Assembly (NCBI GenBank): GCA_021613535.1
Contig: CP075494.1
Coordinates: forward strand, 8,556,001 to 8,620,000
Length of the DNA: 64,000 nucleotides
Origin: Adineta vaga
Lineage: Eukaryota > Animalia > Rotifera
Direction of reading: 5' to 3'
In this document: in pieces, positions 19,801 through 31,341 of the stretch
Layout: the number at the start of each line of letters is the position of its first letter
How positions within the stretch are numbered: the stretch's first letter is position 1
Made by a program: the position numbers and the translations under genes
The notes under the pieces: model-generated
Databases searched by the model: none
What the model was told of the DNA's origin: nothing
Seen by the model: the letters and a program-made list of their open reading frames with translations, nothing else

Positions 19801-20711
19801 TTATCTTACTGACAGCGACAAGTTGCAGAAATGAAATACACCGGATCTGCATGATGAGTTAAATTCTATGGATTTGTAGTTAATTATGTGATGTACAGGA
19901 TGTTTGTCGAAGATGTTCTCGAGCATGACGATGAGATTCTGAACAAGAACAACCAATCATCATTTCACGATTTAAAAGTGTATCAGCTGTTGCTTGATCA
20001 CCATTAGCAACTAGACGAAAACATTCATTTTGAATAAGAAGAAAACAAATATTTGATTTCGTTTCAACTTACTTGCTGTGTGAACAGCTGATTGTCCAAG
20101 CCATCCATTTTGATGAATATCAGAACCAGCTTTCAATAAATAATCAATGATCTCAGCATGAGTTCCACGAACAGCTAACAAACAAAGAAAAAACAGAATA
20201 ACAATAAATAAATTCGTTCGTTCGTTCTCTTTTTGTCAAACCTACCAAGAATCAAAGGAATATCACCATCATCATTTTTACAATTAACACTAGCTCCAAA
20301 TTTGACAAGTGCTTGTACAACATCTAAATGTCCACTTTGGGCGGCAGCATGTAAAGCTGTATAACCAAATTGGCCTCGTTTCTGTATATCAGCTCCAGCT
20401 TCAATTAATGCTTTCACAACATCAAGTCGACCAAGCATAGCGGCATTCATTAATGGTGTATAACCATAAGCATCACATGCATCAATATCAGCACCTAGAT
20501 GAAATCAGAACGAATTAATCATAAGGAACCTTTACAGAAATCTACCTTCTCGAAGCCAACATTTAATACCATCAATAGATCCACATTCAGCTTCTTCAGG
20601 TAATGAACGTTTCGTTTTTTGCGGACTACTGAATAGACTCAAGATGAGACTTGTTGTAGTTTTTATCCATGATACAGGATAATAGATATCAGAAGAATCA
20701 ACAGATGCCAT
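19801..20711 (-). CDS. Small ankyrin-repeat protein (about 4 repeats) with a Cys/His-rich tail, 4 exons
   Basis: GYTPLMNAAMLGRLDVVKALIEAGADI, GYTALHAAAQSGHLDVVQALV, GDIPLILAVRG. The spliced frame is open from ATG 20711 to TAA 19801. Confidence 0.85.
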
Positions 20712-22687
20712 TTTAGATTAACTAAAATATGAAATTCATACAATAAGATCAATGTTTCATTCGTTCTTTTTTGCTCGACATTTATCACAGAAGATTTAGA
20801 AATTTTTCTTTTCAAATGTCAATATATTCTGAAGGTCATAACACGTATGCAAAAAAAACTAGTTGAAGTATCGAAATCTCATTTTATCATTTTTATATTC
20901 TATTATGTGTGATATGCACTCTTTTTCACCTACCGATAGATTGATTGTAAAACTTCGCAATTCGTTTGTCAATGTGCGTTGTAAAACACAACAGCAGTTG
21001 CGAATATTAGATTTATAAAACTGACTTTGTACTCAATATTTATGCTCTGTTAGAAGGAGAGAAAAAAATGAGAGAGAGAAAGAGAAAGAAACACCAGTAA
21101 CTGATCACGTCGTCGAATGATGGTTTGCTTTTTTTTGTATCGTCTTTTATTTCTTTCTCCTTTGCCCTTGATGGAAGTAGAAGCACGACCAGTGTGCGTG
21201 ATCAATAGATACTTGGAACGAGAGAGAGAGAGAAAACCTAATCAAGAGAATTTATTCATAGAAGTTATTTTTCTTCAACTCAATTTATCTATCAATACTT
21301 AATAATACTCGAAAGAACTGAAGCAAAATTGGAGGCGTGAGAAAAGTCTCCATGTGTGAATAATTTGTCTTTTCTTCTACTATCGATGATGTTTGTCTAA
21401 ATTTTACTAGTCACTACTCCTATTTCATATACGTTGACATAAACTGATTAGTACATGATTTGAATAATTAAAATATAATCAAGTTTGAATCGTGAAAATT
21501 AAAACACAGATTACTTTCACATTCATTTGGAAGAATGATTTTCTAACAAGTCATGAGCATTATCATCCTAATGATGTTTAATATAACTAATATTTATTTC
21601 AACTATCCATCGGATCGGATGTAGAGAAATGATATTTTTGTTTCAAAGATTTTTTACCTAATCACCTATAGATTAACTTTTTTTTCAAGCAAATATAACG
21701 TGAATTTTCGAATGTATGTTCCTGATGAAGTTTTACTCATTGAGCGCGTATATAGAAGAAATTCTAAGAAATGATGTTTTAATTATAGAAAAGCAAATAT
21801 GAAGTTGAATGAGTCGTGCCAGTAGATTCTATAAAAATAACAGCTGATGACATCGACTTGCTATTCATAGTTGCCAAGTAATATTAAAAAGTAAACATTC
21901 ATTTTATATTTAGGCAACGAGGTCAACAAGAGCAAAAACTCGAACGTTGGAGAAAGAAAGGCTGCAAATGATATTTCGCCCTCCACGAACGGTTTTCTTT
22001 CCGATGATTCCACACGTTTTTTTTTCTATATCAAAACCTGTATTCTTTTCAAAAGCTAAATTTATTTATTAATTTTTTGAATAAGCAATGAATGGAAGTG
22101 TTTAATATTTGAATATTCTTGTATCTTTAGAAAATGATTAATAAGATAATAGAAGACATTTAGGAAATGTTATTGTAATTCTGTGACTTTTCATTCACTG
22201 AATAGAAAAGTTAGCAAGATTAATTAAGTTTATAAACGAATAGTTATCGTTGAAGAGTTTACATGCTCTTTTTTGGCTATTTATAATGATTTTTACTTAA
22301 AAAACTGTCTCTTACGTAATAGTTAATCAATTGCCAAAAGGTTTAAGATAAAAAAATGCGTTATAAATTATCTATTTATAGTAATTATTGTTTAGTTTAT
22401 TTCGTAAAGAGAGAAGAACGCATATGAAAGACCGTAAGAAACAACTTCGGAATAGAACAGATGACGCTAGAATACAAAGAAAACCATTTTTACGATAAAT
22501 TTCAAAGGTAATTTCCAAAAAACTTAAAAATAACATTCGTTTCGTTTCACAAAAGTAAAAATTCTCGAAATCAATGGTAAAAACTGAACCAATCAGATGA
22601 TTCTATTGATGATTCACATCATCAGTTTTTTGATAACTACTTTCTAGTTCTACAACATACACATAACAAACATATAACTATTGTAAA

Positions 22688-23842
22688 ATGTCTTCTCAAA
22701 GTATCTGGTACGCGTACGATCCTCAATGGGCATTATCGATGCGTGCACGTTTGAACGATGTCGATATATCCGATTTATGGTTATTAGAAAATCCATCTTC
22801 TACGTCAACTTCTTCTCCTCGTTTAATTCTTGATAAATATCTTGGTAATCCAATTCAACAGATAACATCAAAAAAGTCATCTGAAAATGAACTTAGTTAT
22901 GATTCATTACGTGGAGATCATCAAACAATCGAAGCATTGAATAATTTTCTTCAACAACAATGTTGGCGTAGTGCTGTCGATTGGACAATAACGTATTTAA
23001 TAAAAAATCCTCAAGATTATCATATATGGTTTATTCGTTTTGCTTGTTTGATTAAACTTCGATTATTTCAAACAATTGAAAGTGAATTCGAAACATTCGG
23101 TAATCTTAATTCCATCACGAAGTTACCTTTTAGTTTACGTCTTCTTCATGCTGAATTGCCAATCTATATGGATTCGAATCATTTTCATGATGGTCTCGAT
23201 CGTTTATTTCGTTTATTGATGATAACAAATACAATTCTAAGTATTTTACCCAAAGATCAAACACAGTTATGGCATCGAAGACGTTTACGTATTCTATATT
23301 CTATTGCTAATTGTTATGTATTAATGAAACGTATTGATTTAATTATATCCACTTTAGAAAATCAGATACTTAAAAATGAACCACTTGAACAACAAATCGA
23401 AATTTATTTACTAATTGTTCGAATTTTATTACAAACAGGTGATGAATTAAATGCTCAACGTGCATTTGATCGTGCATTGAATTTATTACCATCGAAAGAT
23501 AATCTTTCAGATGCATTTCTTTTAACCAAAGAACTTTTTTCATTATTTCGAAATGAATTTTTAAATAATAAATTATTAACAGCAATGAAAAATCCAATTG
23601 AAATCAATAATCATTGTGTTATTCTACTTTATATGTCAAAAATGAAAGAATCATTGGATTTCTATGAAAAATTAATTCGAGAAAAAAGTACGAATATTCA
23701 TGAAGCAATTATTTATAATATGTGTACAATTTATGAATTAGAATCATTTCGTTTTACACAGAAAAAACATGATTTAGTCGATTATATTAGTCAATATGTT
23801 GGTGATGGATTTAGTTTAACAGCATTGAAATTACAATTATGA
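22688..23842 (+). CDS. TRAPPC12: TRAPP complex subunit 12-like (TPR), single exon
   Basis: 384-aa ORF with WRSAVDWT, WFIRFACLIKL, PFSLRLLHAELP, NNHCVILLY, NMCTIYELES and a GDGF..LKL end, all typical of TRAPPC12/TTC15. Confidence 0.85.
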   Translation: MSSQSIWYAYDPQWALSMRARLNDVDISDLWLLENPSSTSTSSPRLILDKYLGNPIQQITSKKSSENELSYDSLRGDHQTIEALNNFLQQQCWRSAVDWTITYLIKNPQDYHIWFIRFACLIKLRLFQTIESEFETFGNLNSITKLPFSLRLLHAELPIYMDSNHFHDGLDRLFRLLMITNTILSILPKDQTQLWHRRRLRILYSIANCYVLMKRIDLIISTLENQILKNEPLEQQIEIYLLIVRILLQTGDELNAQRAFDRALNLLPSKDNLSDAFLLTKELFSLFRNEFLNNKLLTAMKNPIEINNHCVILLYMSKMKESLDFYEKLIREKSTNIHEAIIYNMCTIYELESFRFTQKKHDLVDYISQYVGDGFSLTALKLQL

Positions 23843-24129
23843 ACATTGACCTATTTTTATTTGAAATAAATAATGAAAAAACCAAAAACGTTCTCTTTCT
23901 CATTTTCCATTGTATAATTATTCACTTAAAGCTATTAGTAGAGTATTTGATTAACTTTTCTAACATAGAAAATTGATCTTACCTTCTTGTGTAGTACTAC
24001 GATTTGTACGTCAAAGAATTCTTGTGCGGAATAGATGTATAGTCTTGATTTTGATCCATACGATCAATATATAATTAACTGACCAACAAGATATGAGATT
24101 TTTTTTAGATTTGTATCGATCAACATATC

Positions 24130-25390
24130 ATGTTATCATGTCGTCGTGTAGTTTTCTCACACTTACGTCTTCCCTCAAATCAAATCGCTTGTCTGTTATC
24201 ACAGCGTTTTAATTCATCATCGAGTGAATTATCAAGAATTCTTCAGGAACATTCGTATGGTTTAGAAAAGAAACCAACATCTACAATTGCCTTCGAAACA
24301 TTTGTTCAAACACCTGCAGAATTCGTTGCTGATAGTTTTGTATATATTCATGATAGTCTAGCATTACCATGGTGGGCAACAATTGCATTATCCACAATTG
24401 CTTTTCGTACTATTGTCGGTGCTACAATGACAATAACTCAACAACGTTTTATTGAACGTTTACAAACTGTTCGACGTAATGTTGTAAATGAATTAGAACC
24501 GCAAATACGAGTATTAAATATGCAAGCAATGAGAGGAAAAACAGCATCTATTATTGAAGAAAAAAAACATTTGAAACGAGAGGTAAATATATATATGTGT
24601 AATTAGTACGTAAATTTACAAGTATAATCTGGAAAATAGGCACTTCAATTAACAAAACAAGGTTATGCAGAATATAATATTCATCCAGGTAAATTATTGA
24701 TTCTCGCATTATTTGGTTCTGTTCCATGGCTTTATTTTACATTTGGTATTCGAATGATTTGTATGTCACCTATTACATTACGTAAGTATTTCGAAATTAT
24801 AAATTGATTTACTTAATAAATATAAATTTGACTATATTCTATAGCTAAAATGTCTCAGGAAGGTGTTCTATGGTTTCAAAATTTAGCCGAAGCTGATCCT
24901 TACGGTCTTTTACCGCTTGGTTTTCTAATACCTAGCCTAATAGGCATCACTGTCAGTCAAGAGTTTCTTTCTTTATTCTTCATTAGTCTTGTCTTTTTAT
25001 TCTCTAGTTTAATGGCATGCAACAACCAGGTTCTGTCAATCAACGACTTGTTTCAGCTGGTCGCATTCAACGTGGAGTAACTCGTTTAGTAGTAATTGGT
25101 TTTAGTTTGATCGCAGTCAAATTACCAGCTGTATGTTTCAAATCTTCTTGATTATTTTCTGAGAAAATTGCCTTTTAATTTATCTGAACTAGGGTATCGT
25201 ACTCTTTTGGACATTGAATAGTTCATTACAACTTGCTCAAACAATGCTTTTTGAATTACCACGAATGAGAAAGATATTACGCCTTCAACCATCTCGCTTT
25301 GGATCTCAACCGATTCAAACTCGATGGAATCTTTGGAAAGATAAATGGTCACTTTTCTTTCGAACATTGAAATGGTACTCAAAGTTATAA
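24130..25390 (+). CDS. COX18: Mitochondrial YidC/Oxa1-family insertase, COX18-like, 5 exons
   Basis: Arg/Ser-rich mitochondrial presequence, IHDSLALPWWATIALST, EGVLWFQNLAEADPYGLLP, LPAGIVLFW. Short C-terminus without the long Oxa1 ribosome-binding tail. Confidence 0.8.
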
Positions 25391-26264
25391 GTTGTAATAT
25401 ATAAAAATAAAGATAAAGAAAATCAATTTCTTTGATTAGTCTTTTATTCAAAATAGATAACTTCTATAATAAATCGAAAATCATTACTAATAGCTTTTCA
25501 TAGAAAGTTATATTCTTGAATTTATTATCTAAATTTAGCATTATCAATTCCCTGTATACTTAATGCCGAGAGGACTACTATTTTTTTTCTTTATTAATCC
25601 TCAATACTATTTTTATCATTGAATCTATATTCCATCTTTTATAATATCAGAATTGTAATCAATAAATATTTCTGATGTATAATAGACATTAAAAATTTGT
25701 ATATTCTTCTCACATGTTTAATTCTTGTTTTCCTAATGAAGAAAAATACACACGCACACATAAATACAAATCGGAAAAAGACAAAGGTTGAAAATCATAA
25801 TATATACAAGTCAAATAGTCATACATACAAATATATCTTTTTTTGTTTCTCTATATACAAAAAAATATACAAATGAAAGCGATCTTTTTCTTGTTTTCTC
25901 TGCATCATTATAACTATACAACATTTAGAAAAAAAGAAACGACTGAAAAAAATCACAGATGAAACACTGACAAACACATTATTAATGAATAGAATAGATT
26001 ATATATAGGTATATACATAAAACTGTTCCTTAATCATAGACTTTAATAGAAACAAACAACGATCAGAGTTGATTGTGAATCAATGAAACACACATATACA
26101 TGTTCTAATGAGACGAAACCGGGCTAATAAACTTTTCTTTTTCTCTCAGCATTTTCTATTTACATTATACATAAAGAAGAAAGTAGGCTACAGTTACCTG
26201 AAAATTATTTGTTTGATACACAAGTATATTTAGATATTTATATACAGAAGGTGATTTTTTCGTT

Positions 26265-27028
26265 TTACATCATACCGATTTGATTAAATACAGACTCATC
26301 ATCACCATAGAGATCAATGAATACACCTAGGACTTGAGGATGTTCATTTGCTAATGCCCATTCAACGAGTGACATATCGCCTGTTTTACGCTGTTCTTCA
26401 TATCGACGCCAATCGACACCAGATTTGAGTAATGTTACAACAACAGACCCTTGATTACATTCAATCGCTCGTTCTAATGGAGTTTTATTTTCAAAGCCAG
26501 CATAATCAACAGGAAAACCACGAGTTAGTAAATAATCGATAATATCTAAACGTCCATAGCCTATAGCAACATTCAATGCTGATTCTCGAGCAACTGAAAT
26601 GCAATACTAAAGAAAACACATACACATATCAATGTGTCGTTGAAACGTTCAAATCAATAGAAAGACTTACAATTGTGACCAAGATGAAAAAGAAGATCAA
26701 CCATTGCTAATCTTCCATTAGCAATAGCTGTGTAAAGTGGTGTATGTCCATTTGAATCAAGTAAACATGCATCAGCTACAGATGGCTGTTGCCGAAGACG
26801 GCTATGTAACCGAATTATACCTGCCACGTCATTTGTTCGAACGGCATGATGTAAATCAAATTTTGGTATTTGTAAATCTGTGTGTTGCTGCTGCTGCTGT
26901 TGTTGTTGTTGTTGCTGAGATGAAGAAGATTTTCCTTGATTGGATGGTTGTTGATAAGGAGCATAATGACTACGATGATGAATTCCAGAACTTGCATTAT
27001 GATGATGAAAATTGTTTTCAGTCAACAT
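26265..27028 (-). CDS. PolyQ-containing ankyrin-repeat protein, 2 coding exons
   Basis: N-terminal His/Ser/Gln low complexity, then LHHAVRTND, GHTPLYTAIANG, ESALNVAIGYG, KTPLERAIECN. One intron at about 26607-26670. Confidence 0.85.
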
Positions 27029-29491
27029 GTTCGTTTTGATCAAAATGAAAACAGTTAAACAAAAAATATCTAGAAAAAAAAAGAAAACCTTATCTTTCAT
27101 ATATCAATCAATCAATCGAATAGATAAGCATAACGATGACCTTCTCTGTTTATTCTATATTTCTAGTTTAATATGTTCTTAGTATCTCGTACATTCTTTC
27201 TCTTGATATTATTCGAACGTTGAAATCAAACGTCTTTAACTATTTTTTGTATTGTATTTAGATTAACCCTCGTGGAAAAAAACAGGAATTGAATCATACT
27301 TACGAATTTCTTTCTCTCGTCTAATACGCGTTCATATGTATGATGAACGAGATGCATATAGCTTACATCCCGTTCCTATTTCCTACATATTCATATAAAA
27401 TCATCTATCGCTTTTGTTCGATGATTTTCATTGTTAACAATGCATAACGTTGCAAGACCTTGTTCTCATAAGATGCGTACACATTATACTATTGAAAGAA
27501 AAAGAAAACGGGGAAAAAAGGATATGACGAAAAGAAAAGAAAAAGCCTCTGAAGTCCATAAATCTTCTCACCAAATGCATTTATACTCGCATAGTTTACA
27601 ATTAATAGTGAACGAATCGGTTTGAACATCATTGAATTATTCAATAACTTACTATAACAACTCACACAACATTATATTGTGTATGTTTTTCTTTACTTTC
27701 GAGTAGTGCATTGACGAGTCTTTCGTTTTTTCTCTCTTTCTCTCTCCCATTCACTCACTCTATGCGCTATATATAAGCTACAATCAGCAAGTTATTTATT
27801 TGAAGATGAAAGCATCATCGTCATCCGTATTACGACGACTACCTTTGCTCTTTCGTCAATCGAAAGAGAGAAGAAGAAAAAGGCAGAAACGTAAAAAAAA
27901 AGAAAAGTAAATGAAATCAATTCACTTACTCAATCGTACAAAAAAAATGATTCAGATAAAAAGAAACAGCAATATTTTTGTTATTTATTGCTACTACGAC
28001 TGCGTTTGTGCTTATGTCGATGGACGAATCAAGGAATAATATCATGACGACAATGCATGCTCTTTTCTTTTTTCTTCTTCTTCTTCTTTTTCTTCTTCAT
28101 CTACAGCTAAAAAACCACACGCGACAGCTGCTCGTCGAGAATATATCATGAGAAATGCAATGAGAGAAAGAAAAAGAAAGAAAAGAGACAGACTATAGCC
28201 TTGTCTCATCTGGAAACGACGGGGATGATTTATTAGCAGTACGTAGGCGAAAATAGAGGAAAAGTATAGAAATAGTTTTTCCACTCACTCTATTTGTTTC
28301 GCATGCATCAACAGTTATATTCTAATGGAATAAAAGAAAAAGAAAAAAATAGAACAGAAAACTTGTCGAGCTCCATGCGTCTAAAGAAGTTTCGAGAATC
28401 AACAGAAAACGGAAGTTTTCTTTATTTATATGTTACTACTAACAATAATAATAATAATAAGAAGAAAAAACATTATGTTCCGATTCAAAAATTAAAATAT
28501 TACCTGGTTATATCGTAGATTCATTGACGTAAGAAATTTTGTTTAGTCAATGGGTGGAGGGCCAAAAAAAGAAGAACGACGACCGCCTGATAACAAAAAG
28601 CCCTTTTATGAATATCACGCGATAACTTGCTTTGTAAACTATACTCATCCTTTCAATGAAGAATCTTATTTTTTTCATTCTTTTGAGTTTTTTTCTCAAA
28701 TATATGTGTAGATGATGACCTCGTATGAAAACGTTCGATAAGTATCAGTATTTATCGTAAATACGTCATATACAAAGTGTACAGATAAAATAAAAACGGA
28801 ACGATAGCGAAGGTTCTTTTCTTTTTCTTGTACTCTTCGTGTGAGTCGAGTCACTATTCGATAAATAAAGCGACGAGATAAGGAAATTTTTGCATCGAGT
28901 GAAATTTTTTATTTACGATCGATAAATGTATCGTCTTTCGATCAAGGCTGTACAATTTGAGATTGTCTCATTTCAGTTTTTTTCTAATGAAACATCAACA
29001 GAGGATTTTAATCACGTTTTCGAATGGGACAAATCATTGAAATGATAAAAACAAATTATGATATTTTTAATGGTTGTTAAACGCAATATTATCTAACAGG
29101 AGCAGTGTACTCTCCCTTGATGATTTGTTATTTACTTATTTAAATAAAAATCTTACCTTTTTTTTCTCTTCATAAAACTATACTTATCTTTGCACCGAAA
29201 TTTAGGCTTACTTTTTCGTTGATTAATCTATTTTTGGTTAAATTCGAACAACAATAACCAAAGAATTTTAATAGAAAAGAAATCTATGAATCATTGTTTA
29301 CATTTCGTTAGAAAAGTTGTTGTGATCAGCTGATGCGATGAATGTTTTTCTGAAAAATGATAAATAATTGTGCAATTCTGAAAGTAAAAAAGGGAAAAAT
29401 AAACTCACTTCATTTCTTATTTTCTCTATCATTTTTAATGAACACATTGTTTAGAAAAATATTTTTATAGAAATACAAAAAATAATAGAAA

Positions 29492-30022
29492 TTATTTTGA
29501 TGAATAATTTAGCATTTCTTTTCGTAATTTATCCAAAGTTGATTTATGTGATAAAAACATATTTTTCTTTATATAATTTTGAAAAATCATCCAAGATTTT
29601 CCATGAAATTGATCAGTAATTATCGTTGTTGTTGATTTTAATGTATTCGTATGCATACAATATTGATGATATGCATGCATTATATACAATGACGTATGAA
29701 TATGACTTGTTAAACAAGAATTTTTTCGATCTATATTCATTTGAACATAATAAGTTGATGGAAGATTAATGTTCATCCATGAAATCAATGGTATTCGATC
29801 GGTGATTTCATAATACGAACACGTGTCATTAATTTTCTTCAATTCATTAATATGAATAATAAATGGATGAAATTTCCATAGATTATTTACGAGAACATCA
29901 AAAGTTGTTGTTAAAGGAGCATCAATAGATACAATTTGTTTCCCATGAAATGGAATTGGATAAACTACAATGGCAATCAAGACTGGAATGCAAAGAAGAA
30001 AGAACGGACGATGACTTAACAT
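29492..30022 (-). CDS. SRPBCC/START-like (polyketide cyclase-like) fold protein with N-terminal hydrophobic signal/anchor; uninterrupted CDS
   Basis: ATG 30022 gives MLSHRPFFLLCIPVLIAIVVYP. The pattern KFHPFII..YEITDRIP..YYVQM..TIITDQF followed by a C-terminal helix SHKSTLDKLR resembles bacterial SRPBCC and fungal DUF7053-type proteins (recognised from memory). Confidence 0.6.
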   Translation of the reverse strand: MLSHRPFFLLCIPVLIAIVVYPIPFHGKQIVSIDAPLTTTFDVLVNNLWKFHPFIIHINELKKINDTCSYYEITDRIPLISWMNINLPSTYYVQMNIDRKNSCLTSHIHTSLYIMHAYHQYCMHTNTLKSTTTIITDQFHGKSWMIFQNYIKKNMFLSHKSTLDKLRKEMLNYSSK

Positions 30023-30300
30023 CTTTTCTTTCTGTTTATGATAAAATATGGGTAAGAGAGGGAAGGGTTGGGTTTGGTTATATTTTATCAATGAAGGAAC
30101 GAATAAATCGATCGAAGACAATACTAAACCAATGTTATGTGTTGATTCAATAGTGGGCGCTACTATCTGATATCACTGAAGTACAGAAAATATTTTTATT
30201 ATAATCTTTACATACAAGATACATTCGGGTGAGCAAATACAATGAAATCCCAACTTTGTTTTTCTCAATCTTAGTTATTACTATGATGACTATTATTGTT

Positions 30301-31341
30301 TCAATAAGCAATATGAAGAACACCACTACGAACATAGTAATATAAATGTTGACCACCAGAACCATAAACCCACGTTTTCAGATCAAAAAGATTTGTACCA
30401 TCTTTTGTACCTTTGACTTTATAAACTCGTACGGCTCTTTGATTTCCATACCAGTCAAGACGAGAACCACTAAGACATGTTTCTGGTGGATGATCGATTC
30501 CATTTTGGGTTAAAAAGTACGCAGTACCTTTTCCATAGATTTTTCCAATACCGCTTGGTTCAATACAAACAGCAGCTGATTCATCAAGTCCAATGCCACG
30601 AGCTAATATTCCTGTATCCTTATTCATACGAGCAAGAAATGTTACCAGACGACCATGTCGATCACGATTATCAAAATGAGAATCGGTGACGACATCGGAA
30701 AGGAAAGGTTGTCGTAAAAAATCATTATAGCCAAGAGTTAGAAGATTAATATACGGATTATTAAGCGCTTCAACTGAAGTAATTGTTCCTTCAAGAGCAG
30801 AAAAATAAGTACCACCAAGGATGGCACAGCCTGCTGAAGTACCACCAATTGGTATTTGTTTTATACTGCGCAAATAGTCAAGTGCATAATGGACTTTTGT
30901 ATTTTTCCAAAAGTTAACATAATTTGCTTGATCACCACCAGAAATAAAGACAGCTTCCGCATTCAGAATTGTTCGTTCGACTTCTGGATCATTGGCCAAT
31001 GTACGAGAATTGATCAATAATGTTTCAACAGAATTTATCGTTCCTAAATCATAGATATAACTATTATAAGCATCAGTACCAGTTGCTCGTAATATAACAA
31101 AATCACCGCCGCCAGCTTTTTTGATCATCCATTGAAATATTTCATCAACATCGGCACCTCCTCCAACCAGAACAGTACCACCAGCAGTAGTTGTATTCAC
31201 ATCATTCGCATCACCAATCAGTCCTATGGATGCAACACTTCTGCCATTCACATTTGTTTTCTCTTGAATCGACGCTCCACTGATAAAATTTACCAACGAA
31301 ATAAAACAACTCAATACAACAAGTAGATTCACATACATCAT
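30301..31341 (-). CDS. Cyanophycinase-like serine peptidase (peptidase S51 family), with signal peptide, intronless
   Basis: LVGGG, GGDFVILRA, AEAVFISGGDQANY, nucleophile elbow GGTSAG, DSHFDNRDRHGRL, GIGLDESAA. The likely start is ATG 31341 (MMYVNLLVVLSCFISLVNFISG); the ORF extends to 31404. Confidence 0.9.
   Translation of the reverse strand: MMYVNLLVVLSCFISLVNFISGASIQEKTNVNGRSVASIGLIGDANDVNTTTAGGTVLVGGGADVDEIFQWMIKKAGGGDFVILRATGTDAYNSYIYDLGTINSVETLLINSRTLANDPEVERTILNAEAVFISGGDQANYVNFWKNTKVHYALDYLRSIKQIPIGGTSAGCAILGGTYFSALEGTITSVEALNNPYINLLTLGYNDFLRQPFLSDVVTDSHFDNRDRHGRLVTFLARMNKDTGILARGIGLDESAAVCIEPSGIGKIYGKGTAYFLTQNGIDHPPETCLSGSRLDWYGNQRAVRVYKVKGTKDGTNLFDLKTWVYGSGGQHLYYYVRSGVLHIAY

Noticed and set aside
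29104-29121. Motif AGTGTACTCTCC..TTGAT shared with about 53787-53805
   Set aside because: Only about 12-18 nt match, with no terminal inverted repeats or target-site duplication visible. This is insufficient to call a MITE.
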